DNA of 64,000 nt from Glycera tridactyla (Eukaryota), in the NCBI GenBank assembly GCA_965644265.1, contig OZ286468.1, positions 41,106,001-41,170,000 on the forward strand. The letters run 5' to 3'. Of the stretch, positions 1 through 12,362 are shown one piece after another. Under the pieces are notes generated by a model. The model did not search any database. It was given only the letters and a program-made list of their open reading frames with translations, and was not told the DNA's origin. Position 1 is the stretch's first letter. Each line of letters opens with the position of its first letter. The position numbers were made by a program, and so were the translations under genes.

Positions 1-314
1 GGATCTGTCCCATGCAGCATTCACACCGTCTGGACGGTGTCAAACACATTTGATCAATGTGGATTTATATTTGTGGTGAAGTCTGATGTGGCGGAAAAAT
101 AGTATGAATCATGAAAATGGAGCGAGTTGGAAATTCAAGCAGTCCAATTCATTGATCATCTTATTTTGGTGCTAATTACCAAACAACGTGACTCAACAGT
201 GTCAGGGCCGACACAAAATGGCCCCTTCATCCATCATACGTGCTTTGTGAGATCAAATGGCAGGATAAAACCGTGGGATATTATTCATTCTACCCGACCC
301 CATGTATCCTCCAA

Positions 315-2123
315 TTACTTATAAGAGATTGTACCAGTTTTGAGGACCGAAAACATTTTCATGTGTGGGAATGCAGGAGTGTGAGAGGGATGATTGGGAA
401 AAGTCTCTCGAATGCACCTTGGCGCTCTTGATCCGATACTGAGTGTCGTTGAACTAGGTAGGCTACGGTAAAAAATCGGATAAAGGAGATGATGACAGAG
501 GACTATGCCGAAAGTGGAGTGTCGATAGTTGCTGATTTGGCTTTCAAGTTGACATTTAAAACGCCTAGAGACCCTCATCAATCAGTCCCTATTGCATAAT
601 ACATCACCCTGTTAGGGTCTCTGAGCCGATAGTTTATGTTTTCACACTTCATGCCATGCTCAGATTAAGACCTATATATCATATTGGCTATGCATGTAAA
701 AACAATATTTCTTCTATGATATTGATTATCCGAGATAAACACACATCCGCCTCTTCTAGCCTCATAAGTGTATATGACGGCTCTTTAAACGATAGAACCT
801 CTGGGATTTGAAGCGGATATCAAGATGGAATCTCTATTGAATAATCATCTACTTCCGCTTCCCAAGCTCAAGAACAGCAGATGGTTATATAATACTACCC
901 ACTCGTCTCCGCATTTGAGTTGGCATCATTTTCTCCAAAAGTTGCTGCAGTAAATTCACCGCTGTTTGATTCTTCGCCGACTAGTACCGTGATGGAATCA
1001 GAACATGTGGGTCTGGCTTGTGACCAATTTCATATGAACCTGCTTGAAACGACCACCAGTGGTCTTACGCGAGATGTAAATGCACTGATGCACTATCTTT
1101 GTTTAAGTGCATTCCAATCGATTCTGCTGTTTTTTTTCTCATTGTGCACATTTGGAACTAATATCTCCACCATTGCATTGAAAAAACAATTCGGTTGAAA
1201 TAGATTCGATATCAGCCCCTTCTCTCAATTACTGGACTTGGTTGAGGGATTCAAGACAAAGAAAATCACATGGTCTGGTGATAAACAAACTAAGGTTAAG
1301 TCATTATAGCTGGTATGGATTTACGCATTCAACGAGTGCTCTCACTTCCAATCCTTGAAACATATCTCAGTTGAGACCTGATTTAAAAGTGGATTGATAC
1401 ATTTATGCATTCCTTTTCATCGACTTAAGATCCGTGAATTCATAGGATAGATCTATAGCTCAAGCTTTGAAATCAATAATATCAATAGAAACACAATCAG
1501 ATCAGATCTTTCAAGGGCCCAAATCGGGCAAGGAATGTCCCGGGTCTGAGTCGGGAGAAGCCGAATACATGAGTAGCCGGTCCCGGAACCTGTACAACAT
1601 TCAAGTGCTCGGCAGGAGTGGTATCCTGTATCTATCATCCGATATTTCTATCTAGAAATTAAATTCGACATTTGAAATCCGTTCTCGGGTTACATGCCAG
1701 CAACGGACGGACACAGAAGGAGGCTGTTACGCATACTCTAGACCCATGATTGCATGATGAGATCCATGATCATGTATAAAGAATGATGAGGAATATGTTA
1801 TTTTTAAATGTTGCTCACATTCCATTAATGCTTTATATTGATATCAGTGTGTGCATTATCTCATCTTAATTGGCTTCTACAACGTCGTACGGTCATCAAA
1901 GGATAATCGCCAAAGAGCGATATTGTTTCTCGAATACCTGCACCATACATCTAGATGAAAATTCATGGCTTGTTTTAGCAAGAATACACAGGTCTGATGA
2001 TTTCGCCTGCTTTCCTCCTCGTAACCTGGGAAACCAGGAAAACCGATCTGCGTCCCATTCACCTTCACAAAGCTGTATGTTGAAATCATTATCAGCAACA
2101 ATATCGGATTCTGTGTGGTCTCT
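315..2123 (-). pseudogene. Decayed LRR-encoding sequence
   Basis: Minus-strand peptides FYRSLPSSTTLSIGS, FSVLKTGTISYK, DMFQGLEVRALVEC, HTSYNDLTLV and FHLDVWCRYSRNNIALWRLSFDDRTTL resemble LxxLxLxxNxLxxLxxxxF. Many stops. Confidence 0.55.
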
Positions 2124-2567
2124 GTTTGTTGAGCAGCACCCCTCTTCGAACAGTTGTTACGCATTGCTAGTCATCCGGTCCTCACTGTGTAGGTTATGTT
2201 TGTTGAGCAGCATCCCTCTTTAAACAGTTGTTACGCATTGCTAGTCATACGGTCCTTACTGTGTAGGTTATGTTTGTTGAGCAGCACCCCTCTATAAACA
2301 GTTGTTACGCATTGCTAGACATACGGTCCTTACTGTGTAGGTCATGTTTGTTGAGCAGCACCCCTCTTTAAACTGTTGATACGCATTGCTAGTCATACGG
2401 TCCTTACTGTGTAGGTTATGATTGGTGAGCAGCATCCCTCCATAAACAATTGTTACGCATTGCTAGTCATCCGGTCCCCACTGTGTAGGTTATGTTTAGT
2501 GAGCAGCACTCCTTTTTTAACTGTTGTTACGGATTGCTAGTCATACGGTCCTTACTGTGTAGGTTAT
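2124..2567. repeat. Minisatellite, 6 x 74 bp
   Basis: Units start at 2124, 2198, 2272, 2346, 2420 and 2494 (gtttgttgagcagcacccctc...ctgtgtaggttat). Confidence 0.97.
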
Positions 2568-3645
2568 GTTTTGAAGCCTCTCCCCCTCTCTCTCATCATT
2601 TATGTTACAGGTAGTCTATCACTTCACTGGCACATGATATTGAATATCCTATCCAATCACAATGATTGTTTGTGAACACTTATTGAACGGACGAATATGA
2701 GCACACGAAAGAACTTGCTCGAACTTGTTCAAGTAGCCCACGGATACAGCGAAGAAGTATCTTCCATACGTTGATCCCTGGGCGATTCCACCAAAGAAGG
2801 TTGCGAAACTCAATTTTGTTTCATATTCANNNNNNNNNNNNNNNNNNNNNNNNNNNNNNNNNNNNNNNNNNNNNNNNNNNNNNNNNNNNNNNNNNNNNNN
2901 NNNNNNNNNNNNNNNNNNNNNNNNNNNNNNNNNNNNNNNNNNNNNNNNNNNNNNNNNNNNNNNNNNNNNNNNNNNNNNNNNNNNNNNNNNNNNNNNNNNN
3001 NNNNNNNNNNNNNNNNNNTTCATCTCCATGGCCATCACCAACCGGAAACTTCAGGCGGCTTAGTGAGCACCCCCCCCCCCCCCACCCCTCCCCCCATCAT
3101 TTCGTGCTCGGCATCATTTTGCGGTAGTAGCTGTCACAATGATGCGAAGATACAAAATGTTGCCGTCATCATTGTGGTATTTGCTATCATTTTGCGGCTC
3201 TACACAGGAGTGACTCTGTCGGGCCAAGTCACTCTCACAGTGTATGTGTATGGCATTCGCCGTTCGCTTATTCCGCTGTGATCGGCATAGATATCTGATT
3301 GAATTATCCCACTCATCTCGAGCTCATCAGTGAAGCGACCACCAGATCATTCCCGAGTATGACAGAGTTCATACCCATAAATCCCGTGTCGTGTTCTTTC
3401 TGTCAAAAATGTTGCGCGTCTCTCACACTCCCATGAAATGGATCATATTTAATGCGGTGGGTAGGGTGAAGACCTTCCCGTTATCCAGGCATTCCGAAGT
3501 TGTTTTCGTGATTGTATGCCCAACATGAAGTAAAGGTTGAATGGCCTGCGTGGTTCGGCCAGTTATTGATGAGGTGCCAGAAATAGCGGATCATATTCCT
3601 ATTCGTCATATGTGACAAGCCAATTTCAAGAAGCATTCAAATGTA

Positions 3646-4433
3646 TGGAAGCGTCGAAGTGCCAAATGAGAAAAGTGAGAATTTTTTCTATCACCTACGT
3701 AGGACTTACCTATCTCCTATGTAGGACTCACTATCTTCTACGTAACACTTACCTATCTCCTACGTAGGACTTACTTTCTCCTACATAGGACTTACCTATC
3801 TTAGCATAGTAGATAAGCCACTGCTACCTTCCAAACTTGGAACGGTGAATTCAATCAGCATGCAGTCATATTCAATCGTTGAATGTTGGCTCCCTAACAC
3901 CATCTAATAGAGTATATTTGATGATTTCTGGGAATGCAAGACATCTGTTAAAATTCTGAAGAAGTTTCATACTGGGATAGTATGATATCCCACAGTCAGT
4001 TTGGTTTGGTTGAGGTTTGATTGCATGTCTCAACCCTGAGGATTATGTATATTGTGTTCGTGCTCTATGGAAGCTATATGCTCTGTCTGATGCGAGCATC
4101 ACTATCACTAACCCTGAATACAAGCTCGTTTGTCTGTTTGTTTGTTTGTTCGGGTGTAACGTCCTCTCTGCCACCTTGGGTTATATCGCACCGAATATCT
4201 GCACCTGAATACAAGATTATGATGCAGTATAAATGGTGGTAGTTATGGTCCCATATATTGAATCACTCACCAGAATGTATTATGGTGTCCCACATAGGTG
4301 ATAATTGGTCCTACGTACAAGATAATTGAATCCTACGTAGGTGATAGTAAGTCCTACGTAGGAGATAATTAAGTCCTACGTTGAAGATAAAAAAGGTTTC
4401 TCACTTCTTCAATTTGGCAATTCAACGCTTCCA
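3646..4433. mobile_element. Non-autonomous TIR element (MITE/foldback-like) with subterminal 21-22 bp repeat arrays, TA-flanked
   Basis: Left end tggaagcgtcgaagtgccaaat...gtgagaa is the reverse complement of right end ttctcac...atttggcaattcaacgcttcca. Five CCTACGTAGG-core repeats at 3694-3801 and inverted copies at about 4290-4388. TA at 3644-45 and 4434-35. Confidence 0.8.
4123..4205 (-). mobile_element. Short retroposon 3' tail with (CAAA)n, nested in the MITE
   Basis: (TTTG)n followed by ...ttgggttatatcg; a related copy lies at 41719-41790. Confidence 0.45.
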
Positions 4434-4626
4434 TACTAATGAAGTGAGTGAAGTTCCATTTACATTTGAGGTTGTCCGCATGTACCTTCGTAAGATGATT
4501 CACAGTCATTTCATCGGCAGTTTCAGGACAACCTGGATGACATGATTCACTCACGACCGAGGTCGGGCACCACAGCCGACTCTCCACTGATCCTGTTTCG
4601 GCATCACAGGTCCTCAGTTCAGTGGC

Positions 4627-5225
4627 GTTAGTTGCCCGAGCGTCTGTGTGTTCGAACTGATGTCAAATTACATGCCGGACTACAACTTTCCATATCATCG
4701 AACCCGGGCACTTGCCAGAGATATGAATGTACCAAAAAGAAACACGGAAATCGCAAGGAGGTCCTATGCAAACAGAGCTATAATTGCATGGAATAGCAGA
4801 CCCTCCTGTTTACAGAACGCATGTTCAACAGCAGCATACAAGTGTGCTTTAAGGAAATACTACCTACCTGCCGGTCAAAATGTATATTCTTTGACATCTT
4901 GAAATGTGTGTGTAGCTTGCCACTTAATCGTCTACCTGCCTCAATCTGTTGATACCAATTGCATCATGTTCTAATAATGAGACATCTCCTGACAGACCTG
5001 ACGATATCATGGAGTGCCTTCCCCCAAAGATCTATTCCTTTTCTGTTGTAATCCGATTTAGTGATGCTGAACTGTTACATAAATATCAGGTCCGCTTATT
5101 TTAATTGTGTTCCATACATGAGTGATACTGTAGGTTATGTCATATCCGTTACCTGTACTTGTTCAATCGTTGCTCGAGCACAGAGAATGTATGTAAACTT
5201 CTGTGGTGAGGGACACTAAATAAAA
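4627..5225 (+). mobile_element. 5'-truncated CR1/L2-type LINE 3' fragment (ORF2 C-terminus plus 3' UTR)
   Basis: HRTRALARDMNVPKRNTEIARRSYANRAIIAWNSRPSCLQNACSTAAYKCALRKY matches the ORF2 C-terminal pattern (TR...VP...RSF..RA...WN.LP...FK..L). AATAAA at 5219-5224. Confidence 0.75.
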
Positions 5226-5299
5226 TTGGTATTCTGATTTCTGTACTCTTATTCTGTCTTCCTTGAGGGTGTCAATCATTGACTTTGCTGGTTGCCCTT

Positions 5300-5660
5300 G
5301 CTTTATCCTTACATAGGTAGGTTCTCAAAGGACTGATGAGAATGCTGACCACACTTGGTGCCTGAGGCAGTGGCCTGCTAGCAGTCTCCTCGTAGCTATC
5401 TTATCCATGACTTTAGGGCGAGTCCCGTAGAGGTTTTTGTCCGTCATGCGTTGCTGCCAACTGATGTTATTGACCCTTTCCAGCATTCTTGTGTAGCAAC
5501 CATCTAGAGATTTCGACAAAGCAGCAGTCAGTGTCCACGTCTCACAGTCATACAGTAGGGTGGTCTCAATTGCTACAATGAATATTCTGGTTTTAAGATT
5601 CCTTGATAGCTTTGATGACCAGATTTTCTTCAGGCTGTTGAGGGCCATCCAAACTGAGAT
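5300..5660 (-). mobile_element. RTE-clade LINE fragment (region C-terminal to RT)
   Basis: WMALNSLKKIW...LLYDCETWTL...LDGCYTRML...NISWQQRMT...RRLLAGHCLRH, the hallmark RTE/RTEX post-RT sequence. Confidence 0.85.
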
Positions 5661-6199
5661 GCCACGCTAAGTATGGAAGAGTGAAATTATCGACATATTA
5701 GGGGGGAAAGTAAAAACTATTCAAATAATTTCATCGGGATCACGTTTGTCATCTCGAAGGCATGTATCATTTCGATCTCAGTTGCTAGTGGGAAAAAGAG
5801 AAGCATGAAGTAAACATGCGCGTGTTCTACAGGTTTCGTGTCAAAATTGGAAAGGCTTTGTGATACGTTATCTAAGGAGGGTTGCCAACATCAAAGTCGG
5901 GTCGCTAAATGTGAAACGTTGTCTTGGAAAAGAACAGATGTTTTTTAATAGACAGGTAATTTCGAATGCTGCATGGCAAGTTTCCACGCTGTCTCATCCA
6001 TAATGACATCAAACAACGAATTCCTCTCATTGTCACCATTCGCTTCCAATCCTCAAAATGCATCTTCTCTTTTGAATATCATCTTCTGAAAGATGAACTG
6101 TGTGAGTGAAAGACAAACTTCGCCTGTGTGATGGCAATTTATCCGCATCTTTTCGAATCAGATGTGCTCCGATACCAAATCATGATGAACAACATTTGA

Positions 6200-7080
6200 C
6201 ATTGCATATATATGAGACTCATCAATGCTACCTTGACTCTGGAAGAGATAAGTCAATGAATCAATAACACTTCGCTTCGCGAGAGTTGATATAGATACAG
6301 GATAAGTATGGCAAGTATAAATTCAGGATTACCCGATATTCAGTCGGAATATCATCACAATCCCATGCTCAATATAACGTGTATGATTCTGAACTAACTG
6401 TAACTGACTGTAACTGATTGTAACTGACACCCAATCGAAAATAAACCATACCGAAATTAGTTGACAGTAGGAAAGACGTAAAGAAGGAGTTTATCATACA
6501 GTCCAAAGTCATGACATTGAGCTGAACAATGATGAAACAAAACAAATCTACAGAGTAGTCTACTTTCATTTCGCAGTCTTGTATAAATAGTAGTAGTCAC
6601 AAACATACTGAAAATAAGGATTTCGATACAGTATTACTGTAACATGGTGAGCATACAACAGAAGCCCGACAAAAAAGCTACCGAAAAGGACAGAAGGTAC
6701 TATGAGGCGAGAAGAGCCAACCATATGGAGAAAATGTTCGAACAAAAATGTCGTCTCGTTACAGTTTGCAAAACTAAGAGCCTGTTAATGTGTTTCACTT
6801 CCACAAATTCGTCGGCATATGTTCCTATTATGACTCTGAAGCACGCAATATGACCGTGACTGTGAGGCAGCGTTAATGTCCTGGGAGACAGGATAAACCA
6901 CATTTGTCGCCTAACAGTCAACGTCTTATCTTTGGAGATTGGGCTGAAATGGTGGTGCATCTGATGAATTAGGGTGTGTCCAGCATGACACCACGGAAGA
7001 TTATGTAGTTTCATCGTAATCCACATTGGCCGTGACGCAATCATTGGAGGGGGCATCTTGATCAGCCTTCTGTCCAATAA
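6200..7080 (-). pseudogene. Decayed LRR-encoding sequence
   Basis: YFRLGVSYNQLQSV, VMTLDCMINSF and FVEVKHINRLLVL. Confidence 0.55.
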
Positions 7081-7249
7081 ACCACGCTCTACATTGATCC
7101 CACGACCTTTCTATTGAATTCAATCGAAATTGTTGCTAAGCCCCCACAGCTGTCTGCTTGCCTTTCGATAAGAATGTGCGAGAGTATGCTCGGAATATTC
7201 GTTCCGGAATGGGTGCATTCCCGGGATGCAACTGATTCACGCTCATCGA

Positions 7250-7830
7250 AATTATCATTAACATCATTATCATTATCATCATCATTATTATTATTTTCAA
7301 AATCATTATTATCGGAATTATTATCNNNNNNNNNNNNNNNNNNNNNNNNNNNNNNNNNNNNNNNNNNNNNNNNNNNNNNNNNNNNNNNNNNNNNNNNNNN
7401 NNNNNNNNNNNNNNNNNNNNNNNNNNNNNNNNNNNNNNNNNNNNNNNNNNNNNNNNNNNNNNNNNNNNNNNNNNNNNNNNNNNNNNNNNNNNNNNNNNNN
7501 NNNNNNNTAATATCATTATCATTATAATTGTAATCATAATAATATTATTATCATCATTTTCTTCATTACTATTATTATTGTCTTCAACGCTCCGAAATCT
7601 GGTCATACTAATAATGTTGTCAATAATACTGATGAAAATAATAATCATTTCAACAAAATAATGATGATAATTATATTAATAATGATATTATTATCATTAC
7701 TATTATTATTATCTTCATCATCATTATTATTATCAATGACGCTTCTACTATGAGCACTGCAGCTGCTGATACTACTACTGCTGCTACTACTGCTTCTGAT
7801 ACTACTACCACTAACTAACACTACTACTAC
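7250..7830. repeat. Compound trinucleotide microsatellite (ATT/TCA/CTA)n spanning gap 7326-7507
   Basis: Directly visible. Confidence 0.95.
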
Positions 7831-9700
7831 TACAGAGAATTGAAATTGTTATAGGCTCCGAAGGAAATCTGAAAAAAATGGGACAAACAATTCGGAGGGT
7901 CATTTGGATGGTGTGTACTGAATGTTGAGCACTGCTGAATGAATTGTGTTCTCGGGGTATTCGAATCATTTTTTTTACCCTGTCCAGAATGTCCATTGAC
8001 ATCAACTAAATAGATGCTGAATAGGTGCCTCCATATGAAGGCCACTTTTGATGTGACCATAGGCTGTTTTTAACGAGAGGTTCGACTGTACGCGCTATCC
8101 TCATCATTCACTCGCATCGCTTCAATATGGACATTCATGGAATCACACCTCGGACGTGTATGACACGAACCCCGGGTTACAGACCACCTCACTCAGTTGG
8201 GTATCGAGTGATATGAGATTACCGGCTTCAGAGTGGTTCATCAAAAACGGATTAATACTCAAGCAGGTGTTGTCAGCTAACACTATTGTAACCACTGGTG
8301 CATGATGAGTAAAAAGTAATCATAATAAAAGTAAACGATGATAACTAGACCTATCTGTGAAATATACAAAAAAGATTGTGACTGATATTGCTGGCATACA
8401 ATTCTCCCTTCGCTAATGAAATGTTATATCGTTAGCAAATTCATCTGATGGGGGAGCTTGAAAGCAGGGCAGCTCCGGTCCACCGTTACAAAAAAGGTGT
8501 TTTGTTCGTATGCTTGACAAATTGGGCAGCTCGATATTCTGGTGGATATGATGCATATTTCAGATGTTCCTGTCCACTATATGTGAATTATTAGAATACA
8601 GTCACGGTCCAGATCAAATACGCTCCAGATATCGAAGAAATGGTGATAGGAGACGAGAGGTCATGATTTATCATAATCGGTTAGTTGTTTGTTGTTTAGC
8701 TTGTAGGATTATATTTCTTCAGCCTGAATATCTACTTCAGGCGATCATCACCAGCTCATCTTCATGGAAATCCTTCTTCCTCGTTTTTGGAGAATTTCTC
8801 ATCAGTCGTCATATGTATGCTGTATCAGATCTCATGTATTTGTCACATATGTCTAAACAAGTAATGTTTCGACATATGGGTGTGTGTTTAGTGGGAAATG
8901 GATTGTTGAGCGATCGAACCAATGTGAACCATTGCTCACCTCATAGTTGTGCCGGAGACAGAACCACAACAGTATTTCAGATAGTGTCACTCCTCATTGG
9001 TAATAGCCCCTCAGGGCTTCGTTATCTATGCATCATCATTTATGAATCATGTGTCAATGAATTGTTGTCTTTTGTGCTCACTCCAACTTTGTTGAAGCAC
9101 CGCTATCCGAGTGTTATTGCTGTTGACACGAGTATGAATCCAATAATGACTTGAGTGGCTCACCTCTGAGTAGAACTGCAATGATAACGGTTTCTCACGT
9201 CTGTCTGTCTGCCTGTCTGCCTGTTTCTCTCATTGCTAAATTGTGTGAGGGGATGGAAGGTATTCATTCTAGATGGTCTGTGGTCACTTGCTATCACACC
9301 ACAGGTAGCCATAACTCATGTTGATTTATAAATGTTCACATCCCCATCTGTCATGACTGGAGCTCCAAGTGACTGTGTTTTCAACTCTTGCATCGAGACC
9401 TGAAAAAAGAACTCACATTACTCCACCGATTGCTAGCGGCTATCTCAGGACATGCATATATGCCTGTCTGACTGCCAAACAATCAATTATGTTCTCTGTA
9501 ACTATGTTTTATTCTCTAGGTCTCTGATCCACTCAAAAACTGATGGATGAGAACTAATTTTGAGATTACATCAAATTAAATTTCTGACGAAATGACGATA
9601 GGCTCTGAAAAAAAAACGTGGAATGGGTCAATTGCTTCTGCATACATCTCTTTAACAGCCATATAGTATGAGTGGGATTAGAGTAAAATGAATGGGAAGA
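7830..9700 (-). pseudogene. Decayed LRR-encoding sequence (interrupted)
   Basis: FQISFGAYNNFNSL, AFIWRHLFSIYLVDVNGH, DNNSLTH, SLNNPF and FSGLDARVENTVTWSSSH. Confidence 0.45.
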
Positions 9701-10179
9701 TAGTAATCCAGTAGTGAGTGAGCACCTAATCAGGCTCAGCACCATCGATCAACACAACAGCAGTTGGCAGGTGAAGAGACCCAACAGGTGATGGCATTAT
9801 CCCTAATCACCTCGATCAATGCCTGCAGCTAATTGCGTCAACACTTGAGTGATCAATCAAGGGGGTGAATGAACTGATTCATTAGGCTAACTTAATGATT
9901 GTATTAGGACGATGAAACATGATACGAAGGTACAACAATCTCAGAATTGAGAGAAAATGCAGACATTATCAGAAGAAATGATGCCTTCTAAGTAAACTGG
10001 GTCCATCTCTGGAAACACTCCTGTGTAGAGGCTGATGTCAAATCACAAGGCCATATCTCGCCATTTCAATTCGATCATTGTCTTTTAAGATGGCACCGTC
10101 CATGAATTGAATAATGAGTGGGATGAGACTGATTTGAGGATTATTTTCAGCGAAACTTTGAAAAGTCTGGATTAAACAG

Positions 10180-10626
10180 GCAGAGCTGCATGGTGTAGCG
10201 GTAGCTTTTTCACACTTGTCCCAAATATCGTGGGATGGATGACCACGGCTGCAGTGTCAGGGTGAAGTACTGGTATGGGTCAACCGTACACTACACCAAG
10301 AGTCACAGAATATACCACCAGGGCTGGGTGAGGGTGTGAGCGCCTATCTGAGATCTGAAAACAATGGTCCTAGGTTAGGCAGTGGTGCTATAACAAGTGA
10401 CCACAAAACCCACTACACTTAACACCTCCTCAGCATACAGGTGCGAGCACAAGAGAAAACTTTACAAAAAATCAATCATTGGCAGAGGGTCGGGCCTCGC
10501 CGAGATCAGAACAATCAACCATCAATAGCTAACTTCAGCATTGGGAAGAACAGAACATTCAGGCTCTGACAGTGGCACTCGACTTAGATCAGTCAAGATA
10601 GTGAAACAAACAAACAAACAAACAAA
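10180..10626 (+). mobile_element. Possible tRNA-derived SINE
   Basis: A-box-like TGGTGTAGCGGT near 10192 and an (AAAC)n tail at 10604-10626. No clear B box. Confidence 0.35.
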
Positions 10627-10935
10627 CTGACATGTTCTCGGATTTTTTCAAATCATCATAGTGACTATGTTGCCCTCACCCTCGTACTTCAAGCAATGTA
10701 GAAGTCCTTTCAATTGTATGGCATTCAAAATATATGGATTTGTTGACGGCGGACTCTCTCCAGTGACGCACATCGTCAATTGTGGATCGATAAACCTAAT
10801 TACCGGCAACAACTACCAAATCAACATTCTCCCAAGTGATTTCGAATATGCAAAAAACAAATTCTCAAAGGATTCTGGAATAATGATGAATTGATCGGCC
10901 ATGACTCGATGTCTTTCTGATCTGGTTATGTAAGA

Positions 10936-12280
10936 GTCAAGTTCAATCATGGTGGATAGGTTTCCGTCCTAGCTTCGCGAATTCTCATCGGATTGAAACG
11001 GAACTCACTGACAGACAGTGTCGACAGCCCCGACGAATTAAATGTGATCACGTCGAAGTTCTCTTGTATATTCCACCTGAAAGCCTCAAATATGTCGATT
11101 TCGCGCTGATTTCATGGCGAGATCGGCGGCCATATCTCCACTCTTTCACATACAAATTACAAATGCCAGCGGATTCGCCAGAAAAAAAAACTATGAAATG
11201 ATTTTGTGATCCTCTTCAAAAGCATGAAGACCACCTGGAACAAGATCCAATGATCACCGGAAGATCTGTGGATTTTATTCATGCCAAAAAAACACGAAAT
11301 GGACGAGAAATGGCGATTTTAGCGTCTGAAACGTACCCGCCAAATTTGGATTTGACAGAGTTCAGCGACGTACTATGATGATTTCAACAACATCAAGGCA
11401 CAAATCCAGTGTGCGTTCAAATATACCGGCATGCAACTCCCTGCATCGGCCTGGCGGGTATATATAGCTATTACTGCTATTTCTTGGTGATATGTCGGAT
11501 TGAGATGGATTATCGCCGTTTGTGAAAACCTTGATCACGAAAGTCTCCCATCATGTGTCGTTATTAAAAGTGCTAGACAACCCGTACAAGAGATGAGAAA
11601 ATAAATTTAGATGGAGAAATACGGGGCGAGAGAGGGATGGCGAGATATAGGAGAACAAGGAAGGAAAGGGATACTAAGACAGACAGTGGAAGGGGTCGAT
11701 AGGAGGCTGGGAAGGTAAAGAAGAGAAAGAAGAGAAGAGGAATGGCAGACTCACTGAAAAGGAGGAGAGTCTGACTGCCTAGCAGACATATACACAGACA
11801 GAAAGACATAGAGACCAACATCGACATTTGGACCAATTATCAACTGTTATACAATCTCCAGAAAAAGATATCTTGCGAGACTGAAAATGGTGTTAATTTC
11901 ATCCTAATTACTACCCTGTTCTGCTGCTACTAACCATTATGTCTTGAGGAAATTTCGATTGGGGTGCTGGGAAGGCTTATCATTCGATAAACATTCGATA
12001 AACTGTACTAGGCCATGCAATGCTATGATGAAGGTACCCCTTGAAGAGGACATATATGAGTGAAGCTTCACAAAGTGCCTGGAATAATACCTCTGGGAAG
12101 AATACATGGAAAGTCTAACTAATTTCATTTCGAGCAATGTATTCATAGTATTACGTGGATCTTCACACTGGAAGGTTCCTGTTTGTGTGACTTTTCGTAT
12201 GAGCTACTCATCTTCCAGAAAAAAGGACACATGTCAGGGTCTTATATGGGTATCAAACCCTGACTTGAAGCGCTGCCCAC
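10936..12280 (-). pseudogene. Decayed LRR-encoding sequence, split by the LINE insertion (continues at 20100-21200)
   Basis: RELHAGIFER, GTFQTLKSPFLVHF and GTFIIALHGLVQFIECLSND. The paralog reads CQIKELHAGIFERKLSN and DTFLGMKLERLSM. Confidence 0.55.
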
Positions 12281-12362
12281 ATAAATGCGCATGCGTGAGG
12301 AGTAGACGCACAGAGAAGATCGGAGGGGATTTATCGCTAATATCTTGATAAATACGAACATA

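Noticed and set aside
2124-2567. CRISPR-like array
   Set aside because: Whole 74-bp units repeat with no unique spacers, there are no cas genes, and the context is eukaryotic.
7114-7648. ORFs spanning N gaps or microsatellites (also 2649-3127, 34000-34518, 38708-39179, 39815-40210, 60077-60773)
   Set aside because: Open only because of Ns or simple repeats.
8564-9154. 196-aa plus-strand ORF as a host gene
   Set aside because: No recognisable domain; it lies antisense to LRR-like relic sequence and is probably a chance open frame.
10180-10260. tRNA gene
   Set aside because: Only an A-box-like word; no cloverleaf or B box can be built.
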